Virus record (IMG/VR): IMGVR_UViG_3300045988_067909 | Length of the DNA stretch: 64,000 nucleotides | From: a virus | Strand: one strand, 5' to 3' | Shown here: one piece after another, positions 38,927-49,476 of the stretch | Layout: each line of letters begins with the position of its first letter | Numbering within the stretch: position 1 is the stretch's first letter | Program-made: the position numbers and the translations under genes | The notes under the pieces: generated by a model | Seen by the model: only the letters and a program-made list of their open reading frames with translations | Databases searched by the model: none | What the model was told of the DNA's origin: nothing

Positions 38927-39967
38927 ATGAATAACGATTATAAAGAAATATACCTAATGCTTACTGAGGCTTGCCCTAATAGATGTGAGTATTGTTATAT
39001 TAAGGGTAGAGATAACCCTAAGAGTATGACATTTGAACAGATTGAAGAAATAATACGTGTAGAAAAACCTACACGTATTATATTCTTTGGTGGTGAACCA
39101 TTGCTCAAGATAGATCTAATAGAGCAAGTATTAGAGAAGTATTATGGTAAGATTAAATTCCAAGTAGTCACATCTACTGTAGTTAATTTTAAAGAGTTTA
39201 TTGAATTAGATAAGAAGTATCCATTTAGTGAGATACAGTTATCATGGGATGGTTTCTCAGATAAGAACCGTGTTGATACTTGTGGTAATTCTATATCTAA
39301 GACAGTATATGACAATATCCAATATGCTATATCTCAAGGAACTAAGTTTGATGTAAAGTGTGTTATTGGTAATGAGAATATACAAATCTTTGATGAGATA
39401 CATGAGACTTTCGTAGAATGGAAGAAGAAGTATAATGTCAATGGTGAGTTTGTATTAGCACATAGACCATACTATGCACCAGAATATTTAGAGTTATTCC
39501 GTGAGAAGTATAAGAAGACATTCACTCTAGAGAGAATGTATATGGAACATATGAATCGTATTATAGCTATCTTACAAGATGATGATAACTTTGGTTCATG
39601 TGATGTCGGTAAGTATAAGGTTATTACACCATATGGTGAAGAATCTTACTGTACAGCATTATCTCAAGAAGAGACTGAGTTTGATAAGGATATCTTACAA
39701 GCACCATGTACATCTCCAGATTGTAAGATATGTAAATACAAATGTATTTGTGATGGTGGGTGTAGATATGAACGCTATGCTCAGTTTGGTGATAAGTGGA
39801 GAGAAAACCACTTAGATGCTACATGTCAAATGTCTGAAATCATATATACTACTATTAGAGAATGGATAGACTCTTTAGATGATGATGACTATGAAAAACT
39901 ATTAGCTTACGTTAGAAGCTATAAAGATCATTTAGAACGATACCATCAGGAGGTTACTCACGAATGA
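38927..39967 (+). CDS. radical SAM / SPASM-type enzyme (rSAM-4)
   Basis: CPNRCEYC, FFGGEPLL, C-terminal CTSPDCKICKYKCICDGGCRYE. Confidence 0.8.
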   Translation: MNNDYKEIYLMLTEACPNRCEYCYIKGRDNPKSMTFEQIEEIIRVEKPTRIIFFGGEPLLKIDLIEQVLEKYYGKIKFQVVTSTVVNFKEFIELDKKYPFSEIQLSWDGFSDKNRVDTCGNSISKTVYDNIQYAISQGTKFDVKCVIGNENIQIFDEIHETFVEWKKKYNVNGEFVLAHRPYYAPEYLELFREKYKKTFTLERMYMEHMNRIIAILQDDDNFGSCDVGKYKVITPYGEESYCTALSQEETEFDKDILQAPCTSPDCKICKYKCICDGGCRYERYAQFGDKWRENHLDATCQMSEIIYTTIREWIDSLDDDDYEKLLAYVRSYKDHLERYHQEVTHE

Positions 39968-41214
39968 TTGACTTTTTACCTGAGCGTATATATAACGCTA
40001 TTAAAGAAGACCAAGAATATGAAAATATCTTAATGTATAGAGAGAATGAATTCCGTAAGCTAATTACGTTCAAAGAATTCTGTCTATATGATAACGTCTT
40101 CATTAAGAATAAAACAAAATGGGAATACTTTACTGGGACTTTACAGAGCCTGGTTAAAAAGTATTGTCCAGAATATATGACTGAACTAGATATTGCTATC
40201 TCTCCTAGGAAAACTAGAGCAGATTATCTCAATATCTACTACAATGATACTAAGATTGACTTTGAAACTAAGCTATTCGTATTATCTAAAATAGCTGATA
40301 TGTCTAAGTATAAAGATGATTACTTTAACTATCTTGGTATGTATTGTAACTTATATGAAAATATTGCTAAGTCTGATGCAGAGAAATACTCTGCTATCAT
40401 TCATTATACATATATACAATATGCTACATTAGCATATGCTAAGACATTGCCTAAAGATTCACAATGTATCTTTAAGATTAAGAAATATCTAGATACATTA
40501 CGTTTTGGATATGGTAATTTATCTGCTGATGCTTTAAACGTTATCTATATCAATACTTTTGTACAATGTATCACATTAGTTCTAGAAGAACTTGAGAATG
40601 ATATGTTAGTTAAAGAGATGCTAGATGATGTACAGTTACCAGAATCACTATTTGAAGTCCAATATGGTAACTATGGTATTACTAGATTAGCATTATGGTA
40701 TAAACTATTTGAGATTAATTTCTCAGTACGAGACTTTGCTAAATGTAAAGAGCTATTCAATAAGATGGTAGATTTAATTGATGGTAATCTTAAAGAACCA
40801 CAATTACTATTCCGTGGTTTATACGTATATAACCAAAATAATATTCCATATTTTTATGGGATATTAAGATTCGTATGTCGAATGCTCGGTGCATATGACC
40901 CAACTCTTACATTATCTAATCTCTCCGAAGAAGATAAACAATTTATCTCCATATATGATTGGGATTCTAGTGACCTATTGATTTCTGATAGACTTACTTC
41001 GGAGATATTCTATAACTATGCTCTTAGAACTAACTTATGGTTCTATAATTCTGCTGAAGCACTTAAAGCATATAAATATTTCGTTTATGAACAAGCTGGA
41101 TTAGAATTACCATCCGAAGATAGAATTCTTAAACCATTAGATGATTTCTTAAGTTCTTTCTTAGATGATGAACCAGCTGAAGAAGTTGTACCAAACCCTA
41201 AGGGTGATAAGTAA
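39964..41214 (+). CDS. hypothetical helical protein
   Basis: ATGA overlap with the upstream stop; 416 aa; no motif recognised. Confidence 0.5.
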   Translation: MIDFLPERIYNAIKEDQEYENILMYRENEFRKLITFKEFCLYDNVFIKNKTKWEYFTGTLQSLVKKYCPEYMTELDIAISPRKTRADYLNIYYNDTKIDFETKLFVLSKIADMSKYKDDYFNYLGMYCNLYENIAKSDAEKYSAIIHYTYIQYATLAYAKTLPKDSQCIFKIKKYLDTLRFGYGNLSADALNVIYINTFVQCITLVLEELENDMLVKEMLDDVQLPESLFEVQYGNYGITRLALWYKLFEINFSVRDFAKCKELFNKMVDLIDGNLKEPQLLFRGLYVYNQNNIPYFYGILRFVCRMLGAYDPTLTLSNLSEEDKQFISIYDWDSSDLLISDRLTSEIFYNYALRTNLWFYNSAEALKAYKYFVYEQAGLELPSEDRILKPLDDFLSSFLDDEPAEEVVPNPKGDK

Positions 41215-42392
41215 TGTATGATCGTATAGATGCGGTTACATTTAAGATATCTGAATATTGTAATCTAGACTGTGTATACTGTTTTCAAAAATATGATACT
41301 AAGACTAGATATGATGGGTTTACTGATTTTGATCAGCTAGTTAAGTTCTTAAGAAAGATGCCATTAGGGGATACTTTAGAATTCAAAGTTACTGGTGGAG
41401 AATCTAGTCTTCATTGTGATAAGATTAGAAGTGCTTATAGAAAGCTTAAGAAACTAGAGCGTTATAAGAACGTAAACATAGAGTTTACGACCATTTCTAA
41501 TGGCACCAATATAGATGGGTTGACAGAACTCTGGAATGATGGTATACTAAATCCATGGGGATGTAAGATATCCTGGGATGGGGTTTATAGTGCATCTAAA
41601 TCACGTAAAGTAAAAAATAATTCTTATGATGATGAGTATTTTAAAGATATCATTCGTAAGCTAGGTAAGTCTGACTATAGAGATAAAGTCTTAGTTAGAA
41701 CTGCTTTAACACCAGATACTGTAGACGAACTATATCAAGCATATAGATTTGCTATAGATAATGGCTGTACTAAATGGGAATATTATTTACTTAGTGATTG
41801 TGATGAATACAAAGATCCAAAGTTCATAGAGAGACTAAGACCACAACTATATCATATATACAATGATAGTAAAGACTTTCCTGAATCTATTGTAGCTAAT
41901 CTAGATTCTATGGCTTATGTACATACAGACTTATCTGATGCTACAAAGTTAAGATGTATTAGCTGTAGACATCTTGGTCATTTCTTGCATATAGATATAC
42001 ATGGTAATATATACCCTTGTGGATACTTCTCTGATGATTCCTATTATGATGACCAAACATTATCTATAGGGGACATTTACTCGGGTTTAGATAAATATAA
42101 ATTAGAGAAGTTTTGTGATGAGTATAATAATCTTCCCATGTGTAGCATACAAGATGGGTGTGAATGTTTACATTGTTTTGAATGTCCTGCTATTAGTCAC
42201 CTATACTACAACAATATGCAGTATAAGCTAGGACAACAATGTAAGATTAGACACTTAGAACTAGACTTGTATAGAGAGATATTCTCAGACTACACATTCG
42301 ATATGTCTCGTATACAAAGAAACTTTAATGTGTATAATGAACTTGAGTACCACAAGTGTGGATTATGTGAATCCCTTCCATTCAAAGAATAG
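41214..42392 (+). CDS. radical SAM / SPASM-type enzyme (rSAM-5)
   Basis: CNLDCVYC, VTGGESSL, C-terminal Cys-rich CSIQDGCECLHCFECP. TAATG overlap with the upstream gene. Confidence 0.75.
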   Translation: MYDRIDAVTFKISEYCNLDCVYCFQKYDTKTRYDGFTDFDQLVKFLRKMPLGDTLEFKVTGGESSLHCDKIRSAYRKLKKLERYKNVNIEFTTISNGTNIDGLTELWNDGILNPWGCKISWDGVYSASKSRKVKNNSYDDEYFKDIIRKLGKSDYRDKVLVRTALTPDTVDELYQAYRFAIDNGCTKWEYYLLSDCDEYKDPKFIERLRPQLYHIYNDSKDFPESIVANLDSMAYVHTDLSDATKLRCISCRHLGHFLHIDIHGNIYPCGYFSDDSYYDDQTLSIGDIYSGLDKYKLEKFCDEYNNLPMCSIQDGCECLHCFECPAISHLYYNNMQYKLGQQCKIRHLELDLYREIFSDYTFDMSRIQRNFNVYNELEYHKCGLCESLPFKE

Positions 42393-42418
42393 TATATTTT
42401 TATTTCGGAGGGACTTAT

Positions 42419-42571
42419 ATGACCAAATTAGATAGAGAGCTCAGACGTGCAGTAATTAAAGGTAAGATCCTTAGTACGGCTAAAACTATCATTGTAAATC
42501 CTAAGTTTTTAAGAATAGTTCCTAAAATAATTTCTGTTATCTTTAGACTACTTAAGAAAAGATTTTTGTAA
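42419..42571 (+). CDS. 50-aa basic small protein (below the track's cutoff)
   Basis: GGAGGG sits 6 nt upstream of the ATG. MTKLDRELRRAVIKGKILSTAKTIIVNPKFLRIVPKIISVIFRLLKKRFL; a terminator follows. Confidence 0.35.
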   Translation: MTKLDRELRRAVIKGKILSTAKTIIVNPKFLRIVPKIISVIFRLLKKRFL

Positions 42572-42586
42572 TAAAGAGACGTTATA

Positions 42587-42616
42587 ATCCATGGGTGACC
42601 AACCCATGGATTTTTA
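42587..42616 (+). terminator. rho-independent terminator
   Basis: Stem atccatgggt/acccatggat, then ttttt. Confidence 0.6.
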
Positions 42617-42660
42617 ACACTCTTATAATTTGAACAAATTCTTTCATTGGAGGTAATATA

Positions 42661-44121
42661 ATGGCAAAACTACATGATACCAGTGTAACTGGTAATATTA
42701 ATGCCTCGGGTACTATATATGCTAATGGTAAGGCAGTTGCACCATTAGATCATACTCATTCAGTACAAGCTATAACTGGTTTAGACAAATCAGTAAAAGA
42801 TATAGTAAACGCTACACCTGTAGCTAATGCAACAAATGCAACACAATTAGCAGGTAAGACAGCAGACCAATATGCACTAAAGAGTGATTTAACTGCTTTA
42901 GGTGAACGCTTAAATCAAATTCAGTATTCTATAACTAAAGCATTTAAGTGTCCTAACTACGTATCTTTTAGTTACGATAATAACTTTGTTAAAATTACAT
43001 TGAGTGATAGAATGGCTAATATCACAAATAAAGCAATTATTGTCGAAGATGATACTATGAAGTTTGTAATCAATTTATTTAGTCAATCCAATTTTAGTCT
43101 CTATAATAAGATAATTATTAAAGATAAGGTTGATGTTGATAAATACTACGACTACAGTGTTACTATGCCTACCATATACAGAGTTTCTGATACTACTTTT
43201 ATTGTGGGTGGTATTTGTACAACTAACGGTAATTTATTAGCATCCATCACTCTACAAAGTAATGAACCAATCACTGCTGATGATTTTACTATTAGTGCTA
43301 GAGATCAAGCATATAATCTAAATAATGCAAGTGCCAAAAAGGTTGTATCTAGTAGAGATCTTATTCCTCACTTTGCCGAAAAGTATATAGATACACAAAA
43401 ATTTGGTTATCTATATACTATTAAAAAACCAGGTACTTATGATAGACGTTTAGATCTTCATTTAGACTCTACAACTTCTACTGTATATATTTATACTTTA
43501 AATCCTATGAGTAATATGGCTTTAGGGGTTAATGGTAATGGTATAGTTTCATATAATGCTGCAAATGTTAGAAATGAACCTAGCGTTGCAATTAGCGGAC
43601 TAACTGTATATATTGACTTATCCACAATATCAGATGATTTTGTTATTTTGGGTGATTGTACTGCTACTTATAGCACAACAGGTTTGCTCAGCTCTACTCC
43701 ACCAAAAGATCTACCACAATCTATGGGTAGTAGTATTGATGAAAACCGTGCGTTATCTTTCAATAAAGTCTTAGATTTATTGGGTCGTAGTGTAACCATT
43801 AATGGTGCGATTTACGATACTAAATATGATATAAATATAAACAGATTATTGACATTTCCTGCAACGTATATTAATGACCAATCAGTCACTATAGGCAGCA
43901 TGTATAATACTATTACAGCTAGAGCTAATGGTGGTAACGCTGATACAGTTGGTGGATTATCACCTAACTCGTTTATCACTACTGATAATTTAGCACGTAA
44001 ATACTACTCTAAAGTTGCAGTATACGACAATGATAATCATCTTATTCATCCAGATGGTACTGAAGAATGGATCGAATATCAAAGACCACAAGCGTCTGAA
44101 GATAATATGGATCACTTATAA
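42661..44121 (+). CDS. tail fibre protein
   Basis: N-terminus MAKLHDTSVTGNINASGTIYANGKAVAPLDHTHS, the classic fibre N-terminal/HTH motif type; Asn/Thr/Ser-rich remainder. Confidence 0.7.
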   Translation: MAKLHDTSVTGNINASGTIYANGKAVAPLDHTHSVQAITGLDKSVKDIVNATPVANATNATQLAGKTADQYALKSDLTALGERLNQIQYSITKAFKCPNYVSFSYDNNFVKITLSDRMANITNKAIIVEDDTMKFVINLFSQSNFSLYNKIIIKDKVDVDKYYDYSVTMPTIYRVSDTTFIVGGICTTNGNLLASITLQSNEPITADDFTISARDQAYNLNNASAKKVVSSRDLIPHFAEKYIDTQKFGYLYTIKKPGTYDRRLDLHLDSTTSTVYIYTLNPMSNMALGVNGNGIVSYNAANVRNEPSVAISGLTVYIDLSTISDDFVILGDCTATYSTTGLLSSTPPKDLPQSMGSSIDENRALSFNKVLDLLGRSVTINGAIYDTKYDININRLLTFPATYINDQSVTIGSMYNTITARANGGNADTVGGLSPNSFITTDNLARKYYSKVAVYDNDNHLIHPDGTEEWIEYQRPQASEDNMDHL

Positions 44122-44133
44122 TAGGAGACTATT

Positions 44134-47100
44134 ATGGCTAAATTAACTGATATAAAATATGTAATAAGTGCTAGTGGTAGAAGAGAAGAGATTTCTCTAT
44201 ATACCACAAAAGAAGAAGCTGGAGATATATGTAAAGGGTTTAAGTTACCAGATGGTACTAAAGCGTATGCTGCTATTGGTGATACTAAATCTAGACTAGC
44301 CACAATGAAGAGATTTAAAATCCAAGGTAAAGTATATGCTGCTTTAACTGAAGCTGAAAAGAAGAAAACTAAAGTTAAGAAAGTATATATCTTTAAAGCT
44401 GGTAGCCATAGATTTAAAGTACCATTCTGGGCTAAGAAAGTACACTATACACTTTGTGGTGGTGGTAATGGTATCATATCAACCAATGCTCCTATATTAG
44501 ATACTATAGAGAAAGATGGTATTACTGATAATAAAAGCATTATGATGGCTCGTAAGGTTAATGATGTTATGTATGCTACAATACCTTATATGGGTAGAAG
44601 TATAATGGGTACACCATCATCTATGTATGTAGAGAAGGAGTTCGAAGGTGATCCTGATTCTGGTTATGAAACATACACTGGTACGGATGAGACAAGAAGC
44701 ATAAATACTGCAAGTAGAGTGTATAATAATTGGCGTGGCGATGAAAGTAGCTGGATTATGCAGACAACTGATAATAAATCTAAAGGATTTTCTGTATATC
44801 AAGCTGATGCATCTGTCTATAATAATATGGGACAACATATTGAGACTACACCAGTTGTAACTAGAAAGAAAGTTGTTATAGCTCCGACTATGATAAATCC
44901 TGATATTGTAGATGATACCAATTATGATAACTTAGTTGACAGTATACTTGTAGGATTACCTTTGCCACCACCAATGGGCCCAGTGGAAAACGAAGGTGAA
45001 TATGTAAGACTAACAGCTATAAAAGATGATGCATCGTTTACTGTATACAATAAAGGGTTTAAAGCACTATATAATGTATACCCTAAGTCTGATATGGTAA
45101 AGATTACCGATATATCAAAGTTTATCAATGATACAATGGCTAAATATAAAGTCAATCTTGTTGATAAAGATATATATCACGATGAAGATAACTCTCTTAT
45201 GGTAAATTCATTCATCAACCAAGCATATATCTATAATACATATACACCATTTGATAAATTGTATTCTGCTGGTATAGCTATGTATAATGATGGGTCTACC
45301 CCACCATCTAGAACTGATTCTTTGATACAGTCTACATACGATACAGCATTCAATCAATTTAAAGCTAAGTCTACAGAATATAAGCAAAGATATGATAATG
45401 TAACTTACTATATGCGTAAACAGTTCTTAAATGGGACTATGTTTGATTATGATTATATGATGCAGCTTAAAGAAGCTGGTACATTAGATAATATGATCAA
45501 TTCTTCTATGCTATCTAATATGGATTTAGTTGATGGTGCATATGATTTTGCTACAGGGCATCATACATCCCCTAAATTGTCAGAAACACGTTTAGGTGCT
45601 AAGGAAGTTATATTTGATATCCAATGTTTAGATGGTGTAGTTAGACCGCTATCGATTAAGTATGGTGGCTCTCTTGTATTAGGATGGGATAAATACTTTG
45701 ATGATGCATATTGCTATGATATCGAAGATATAGACATCTACAGAGCAGAAGAGTTTACTAAACTATTTAACCCATTAAGTGGCAATATAGTTCCAAACCC
45801 ACTAGAGGGACAAGAAATAACTGGTACATGGGATGTATCTCCTGATGAGGATATAGTTATTGAAGTCGGTACTCATGGTAAGTTATATACTGAAGATATG
45901 GGATTTAAACTAAATAAGTATTTCCATGATCGTGATGCTGATGGTATTTGTATCTTAGAAGTCGAAGGAGATTTCGAAGATATAGATGATATTGATAATT
46001 ATATTAATGATAATATAAGATCTTTAACACCAGATCATTATAACCAAATGGTTATGCTAGACCCTATTAGTCGTGATATGTATCAAAGATATCTCAAATA
46101 TATCAATAACTACTCTGGTGATATAGATTTGTCTGCACAAGACACATTCACAGTTAAGAGATCTGCAGCCAGCCCAGCTTTTGTTAGTAATCTTAAATTA
46201 GTTGATGGTATGGCCACTGATAAAAATATAAATTTATATTATTCTAGTAGAACGCAAAAAGTGGAAAGCTTACCGAAAAGCAGTGATTATACTATTAAAG
46301 TATTTGGCTATGATATTGGTAAGACTACTGATTTATCTTTATTCCATAATTATATTGGTGCTTATGATGGCGTTAAAATGGATATAGCTGAAGATCTAAT
46401 ATCCAATCTATCCGAATATGTAAATTATAGTGGTAATGTATACCAAAGTGTAATACCTGTTAGAAACTACTATGCAGATAAAGAGCATACATTTATATTT
46501 AAAAATGCCAATACAATAAGCTATGCATTTATGCTTGGTGTCATAGACAGTGGGCATACGCCTAAGGTTAAACTAAACTATAATAAGGCTTTAGATGTGA
46601 CTGGTGCTTTAATCTTTACAAACACACAAGAGCTAGATTATAGATGGTATGTGTCATTAGGTTTATATATAAACCCATCTACCGCTAAGAATATTAATGT
46701 TAATGAACGAATGACTATATCATTCCCTAATGAAAATGCTATAAAGAATAAAAAAGTTAAGATATTTAAACCATGGGCTACATACGATCAATCTAAAGCG
46801 TATGTAAAATATATAGTTCCTAAAGATTATACAGCCAAATCTATCATAGGTATCGTACCATTGTTGGATAAGTCTATAGATAATGTATATATTGATATAA
46901 CTAATCTTAAAGACGAACCATATACTATATCTCCTATAGTGTCTAGTACACTCAATAAATTACCAAATGTGCATATTATAGACAATTCTGGTATAGCCGA
47001 GCGCAAATTTAATGGTTTATTTGGTTATGCTAAGAAAAACTATTTAGGGGCTGTTACATTAGCACCAACGGTTATGGATAATTTTGCCAGAAGTTCATCT

Positions 47101-47934
47101 GCAGACTTGAGTGATGTTATATTAAAGACATCTACAATTAAAAGCTTTGCTCATGCATTTAATGAGTTTAGTGGTAAATTTCCAAAGAATATAGATTTAA
47201 CCAGCGGTTCTAATTTTGAATCGTTATTCTATAATACTAATTTGGATAATATAACTATGGATAGCTTTGTAGATAGTACATATGTAGCCACAACTAGAGA
47301 AAGTGATAGATTGACAATGTCTTCGATGTTTACTACATTTACAGGACGTGATATATCATTCGATGTATGGGGCTTTCTAGTTAAAAAAGTAAAACTATTA
47401 GAGAAGCTCAAATCCTATGCATATGTAAATTTATATAGTATGCTAACTTATGTTCGAAGTATACCATTCTTTAGTTTTTATGAAATATATATGGCAGTTG
47501 CTGATGAAAAGTTCTATAACTTATCAGCTCGTGGAAATTTAGGTATTAATGGTATTGCAAATACTGCTACGTTTAAAGAACTAGAAATGCCTATACTTAC
47601 TGACAGTAACGGTCAGCTTAATAGAAAATTTTCATTGGATGCTTGTAATACAAACGGTATCGGTAAATTAGTATTTAGACAACCACCAAATCAAAATATA
47701 GCATCTATAGATTCGCTCAAGGTATCTATAACCGATATTAGATATTGTGGTGATTTTATTACTAAAAATAAACCAGAGTCAAATACTTATAAACTACCAA
47801 CTACTATTGTAGTTAGACTTCTTAGAGACAAAACTTCAATACCAGAAACAACTGAATCTATTGAAGCTATTAAGACTTTCTTAAACGCTACATACGCTAC
47901 ACCAAAAGAAAATATCTCTGTTATTTTTGAATAA
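44134..47934 (+). CDS. large hypothetical virion-associated protein (1266 aa)
   Basis: RBS AGGAGACT; uninterrupted ORF; no motif recognised. Confidence 0.6.
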   Translation: MAKLTDIKYVISASGRREEISLYTTKEEAGDICKGFKLPDGTKAYAAIGDTKSRLATMKRFKIQGKVYAALTEAEKKKTKVKKVYIFKAGSHRFKVPFWAKKVHYTLCGGGNGIISTNAPILDTIEKDGITDNKSIMMARKVNDVMYATIPYMGRSIMGTPSSMYVEKEFEGDPDSGYETYTGTDETRSINTASRVYNNWRGDESSWIMQTTDNKSKGFSVYQADASVYNNMGQHIETTPVVTRKKVVIAPTMINPDIVDDTNYDNLVDSILVGLPLPPPMGPVENEGEYVRLTAIKDDASFTVYNKGFKALYNVYPKSDMVKITDISKFINDTMAKYKVNLVDKDIYHDEDNSLMVNSFINQAYIYNTYTPFDKLYSAGIAMYNDGSTPPSRTDSLIQSTYDTAFNQFKAKSTEYKQRYDNVTYYMRKQFLNGTMFDYDYMMQLKEAGTLDNMINSSMLSNMDLVDGAYDFATGHHTSPKLSETRLGAKEVIFDIQCLDGVVRPLSIKYGGSLVLGWDKYFDDAYCYDIEDIDIYRAEEFTKLFNPLSGNIVPNPLEGQEITGTWDVSPDEDIVIEVGTHGKLYTEDMGFKLNKYFHDRDADGICILEVEGDFEDIDDIDNYINDNIRSLTPDHYNQMVMLDPISRDMYQRYLKYINNYSGDIDLSAQDTFTVKRSAASPAFVSNLKLVDGMATDKNINLYYSSRTQKVESLPKSSDYTIKVFGYDIGKTTDLSLFHNYIGAYDGVKMDIAEDLISNLSEYVNYSGNVYQSVIPVRNYYADKEHTFIFKNANTISYAFMLGVIDSGHTPKVKLNYNKALDVTGALIFTNTQELDYRWYVSLGLYINPSTAKNINVNERMTISFPNENAIKNKKVKIFKPWATYDQSKAYVKYIVPKDYTAKSIIGIVPLLDKSIDNVYIDITNLKDEPYTISPIVSSTLNKLPNVHIIDNSGIAERKFNGLFGYAKKNYLGAVTLAPTVMDNFARSSSADLSDVILKTSTIKSFAHAFNEFSGKFPKNIDLTSGSNFESLFYNTNLDNITMDSFVDSTYVATTRESDRLTMSSMFTTFTGRDISFDVWGFLVKKVKLLEKLKSYAYVNLYSMLTYVRSIPFFSFYEIYMAVADEKFYNLSARGNLGINGIANTATFKELEMPILTDSNGQLNRKFSLDACNTNGIGKLVFRQPPNQNIASIDSLKVSITDIRYCGDFITKNKPESNTYKLPTTIVVRLLRDKTSIPETTESIEAIKTFLNATYATPKENISVIFE

Positions 47935-47941
47935 GAATATA

Positions 47942-47980
47942 CCCAGTATAGTCAATGACTATACTGGGATTTCTTTTGTC
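47942..47980 (+). terminator. rho-independent terminator (cccagtatagtcaatgactatactggg family)
   Basis: Same hairpin as 27021 and 63263, followed by atttcttttg. Confidence 0.65.
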
Positions 47981-47998
47981 CAAGGATATTTATAGTTA

Positions 47999-48008
47999 TA
48001 TACTATAA
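47999..48008 (+). promoter_or_regulatory. TATACTATAA promoter-like motif
   Basis: Recurring motif, 65 nt upstream of the 48073 ATG. Confidence 0.35.
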
Positions 48009-48072
48009 TGATGATAGTGATAATTGTATCACTCTTATATTATTTATTTTCCACCAAAGGAGGTTAGAAATT

Positions 48073-48411
48073 ATGAATTACTATATTATGCAACAAATGA
48101 TGTGGATTGTAAAACCTAATGAAGAAACCGATCCAGATTATTTAAAAGTTTATGATAAGATATTTATTGGTGAAGATGTAGCTGAGTATTGCTTAAATAT
48201 GGCAGCTAAAACCAATGAAGAAATCGGTGCTATTGTAAATAGTATTAAGAATCAAGATTTGAAAGATAATGTAGCAGATACATTAAATCAAATCAAAGAA
48301 ATGTATCCTGATTCTGCTATTACGACAATATTAATATTAGATGATGATGTATGTACGATCGTATATGATTTCATCATCAAGGCTTCAGTGATTGATAAAA
48401 TTACTGAGTGA
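48073..48411 (+). CDS. small hypothetical protein
   Basis: RBS AAGGAGG. Confidence 0.55.
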   Translation: MNYYIMQQMMWIVKPNEETDPDYLKVYDKIFIGEDVAEYCLNMAAKTNEEIGAIVNSIKNQDLKDNVADTLNQIKEMYPDSAITTILILDDDVCTIVYDFIIKASVIDKITE

Positions 48412-48422
48412 GGTATAATATC

Positions 48423-48761
48423 ATGGCACGCCTATATAATGTGACTATAAGTTTAATTGTATATGACCCTGATATTCCTGGGAGTGAACGAGAATCTTTA
48501 TATGAAGTTATTTCTCGTTATAAATCATTAGAAGAGGCTAATCGTATACTAGATGAAGCAGTCGAAAGATCTATAGAAGATCTTAAGAATGAAGAAGTTG
48601 ATTACGATCTAGGAACTGATATGCTTCTTAATGATCGTAAGAGAGACATATATCAGAAACATACGAGAAAGGCTGAACGTGTAGTAGTTATAGTTCATGG
48701 AAATAAAATATACATATGGGAGATATGGAAGTCCCCACAATGCACTACAGATTTCCACTAA
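48423..48761 (+). CDS. small hypothetical protein
   Basis: ATG at 48423 (MARLYNV) with GTGAGG upstream. The track's GTG start at 48408 lies inside that RBS. Confidence 0.5.
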   Translation: MARLYNVTISLIVYDPDIPGSERESLYEVISRYKSLEEANRILDEAVERSIEDLKNEEVDYDLGTDMLLNDRKRDIYQKHTRKAERVVVIVHGNKIYIWEIWKSPQCTTDFH

Positions 48762-48773
48762 GGAGGCATTTAT

Positions 48774-49073
48774 ATGCAAAGATATAGAGTCATAACTGAC
48801 ACATACTTATTTAATCATGAAGATGGTTTATTGGATCAGAACCCATTTAGACAAAACTATGTGATAGATGATCTTGATGATATTGATTATGCTATTCAAT
48901 ATGAAAAAGATAAATTGATACACTTTTATGGGGATGAAGAATACCCTAATCCAGATTCCGATCTTAATGATAAGATTGATGAACTTTTAGACCGTATTGA
49001 GTCTTTAGATAAACCACATAGTACGACATATATCGGTACAGATCGTGTGGTTCATATATTTATAGCTTTCTAG
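48774..49073 (+). CDS. small acidic hypothetical protein
   Basis: RBS AGGAGG. Confidence 0.55.
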   Translation: MQRYRVITDTYLFNHEDGLLDQNPFRQNYVIDDLDDIDYAIQYEKDKLIHFYGDEEYPNPDSDLNDKIDELLDRIESLDKPHSTTYIGTDRVVHIFIAF

Positions 49074-49086
49074 GAGGAATACTATT

Positions 49087-49431
49087 ATGTCTGATAAATA
49101 CATCGTTGTAAAAAACACATTCGAATACGATTACAAAGAACAAGTAATCACAACTGATGATTATGAAGCAGAGATCGATAATAAGATCTATAATTTCGAT
49201 ACAGGTAAGAAAGTCATTCAAGAAGAGTATAATGCTTTATATGAGCAAACAGAACTCAAAGATGAACCTGAAACTGAAGAAGATGAAATCCGTACTAAAG
49301 AAATGGATGAACTAGAAGACATCTTGAATGATGGTGATGACTTACCTGGGAACTTTGTATTCCGTGGTAAAGATAAAATTTACCAATGGTATCTCTTTGA
49401 ACTAGAAGAAGATACAGAAGACGAAGAATAA
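49087..49431 (+). CDS. small, very acidic hypothetical protein
   Basis: RBS AGGAGGAA; Glu/Asp-rich C-terminus. Confidence 0.55.
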   Translation: MSDKYIVVKNTFEYDYKEQVITTDDYEAEIDNKIYNFDTGKKVIQEEYNALYEQTELKDEPETEEDEIRTKEMDELEDILNDGDDLPGNFVFRGKDKIYQWYLFELEEDTEDEE

Positions 49432-49476
49432 ATATATACATTCTTAATACTATTATCACATGGTATTAAGAATGGT

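Noticed and set aside
39579-39815. 78-aa + strand ORF in another frame of rSAM-4
   Set aside because: Embedded in the well-supported radical-SAM ORF; no RBS.
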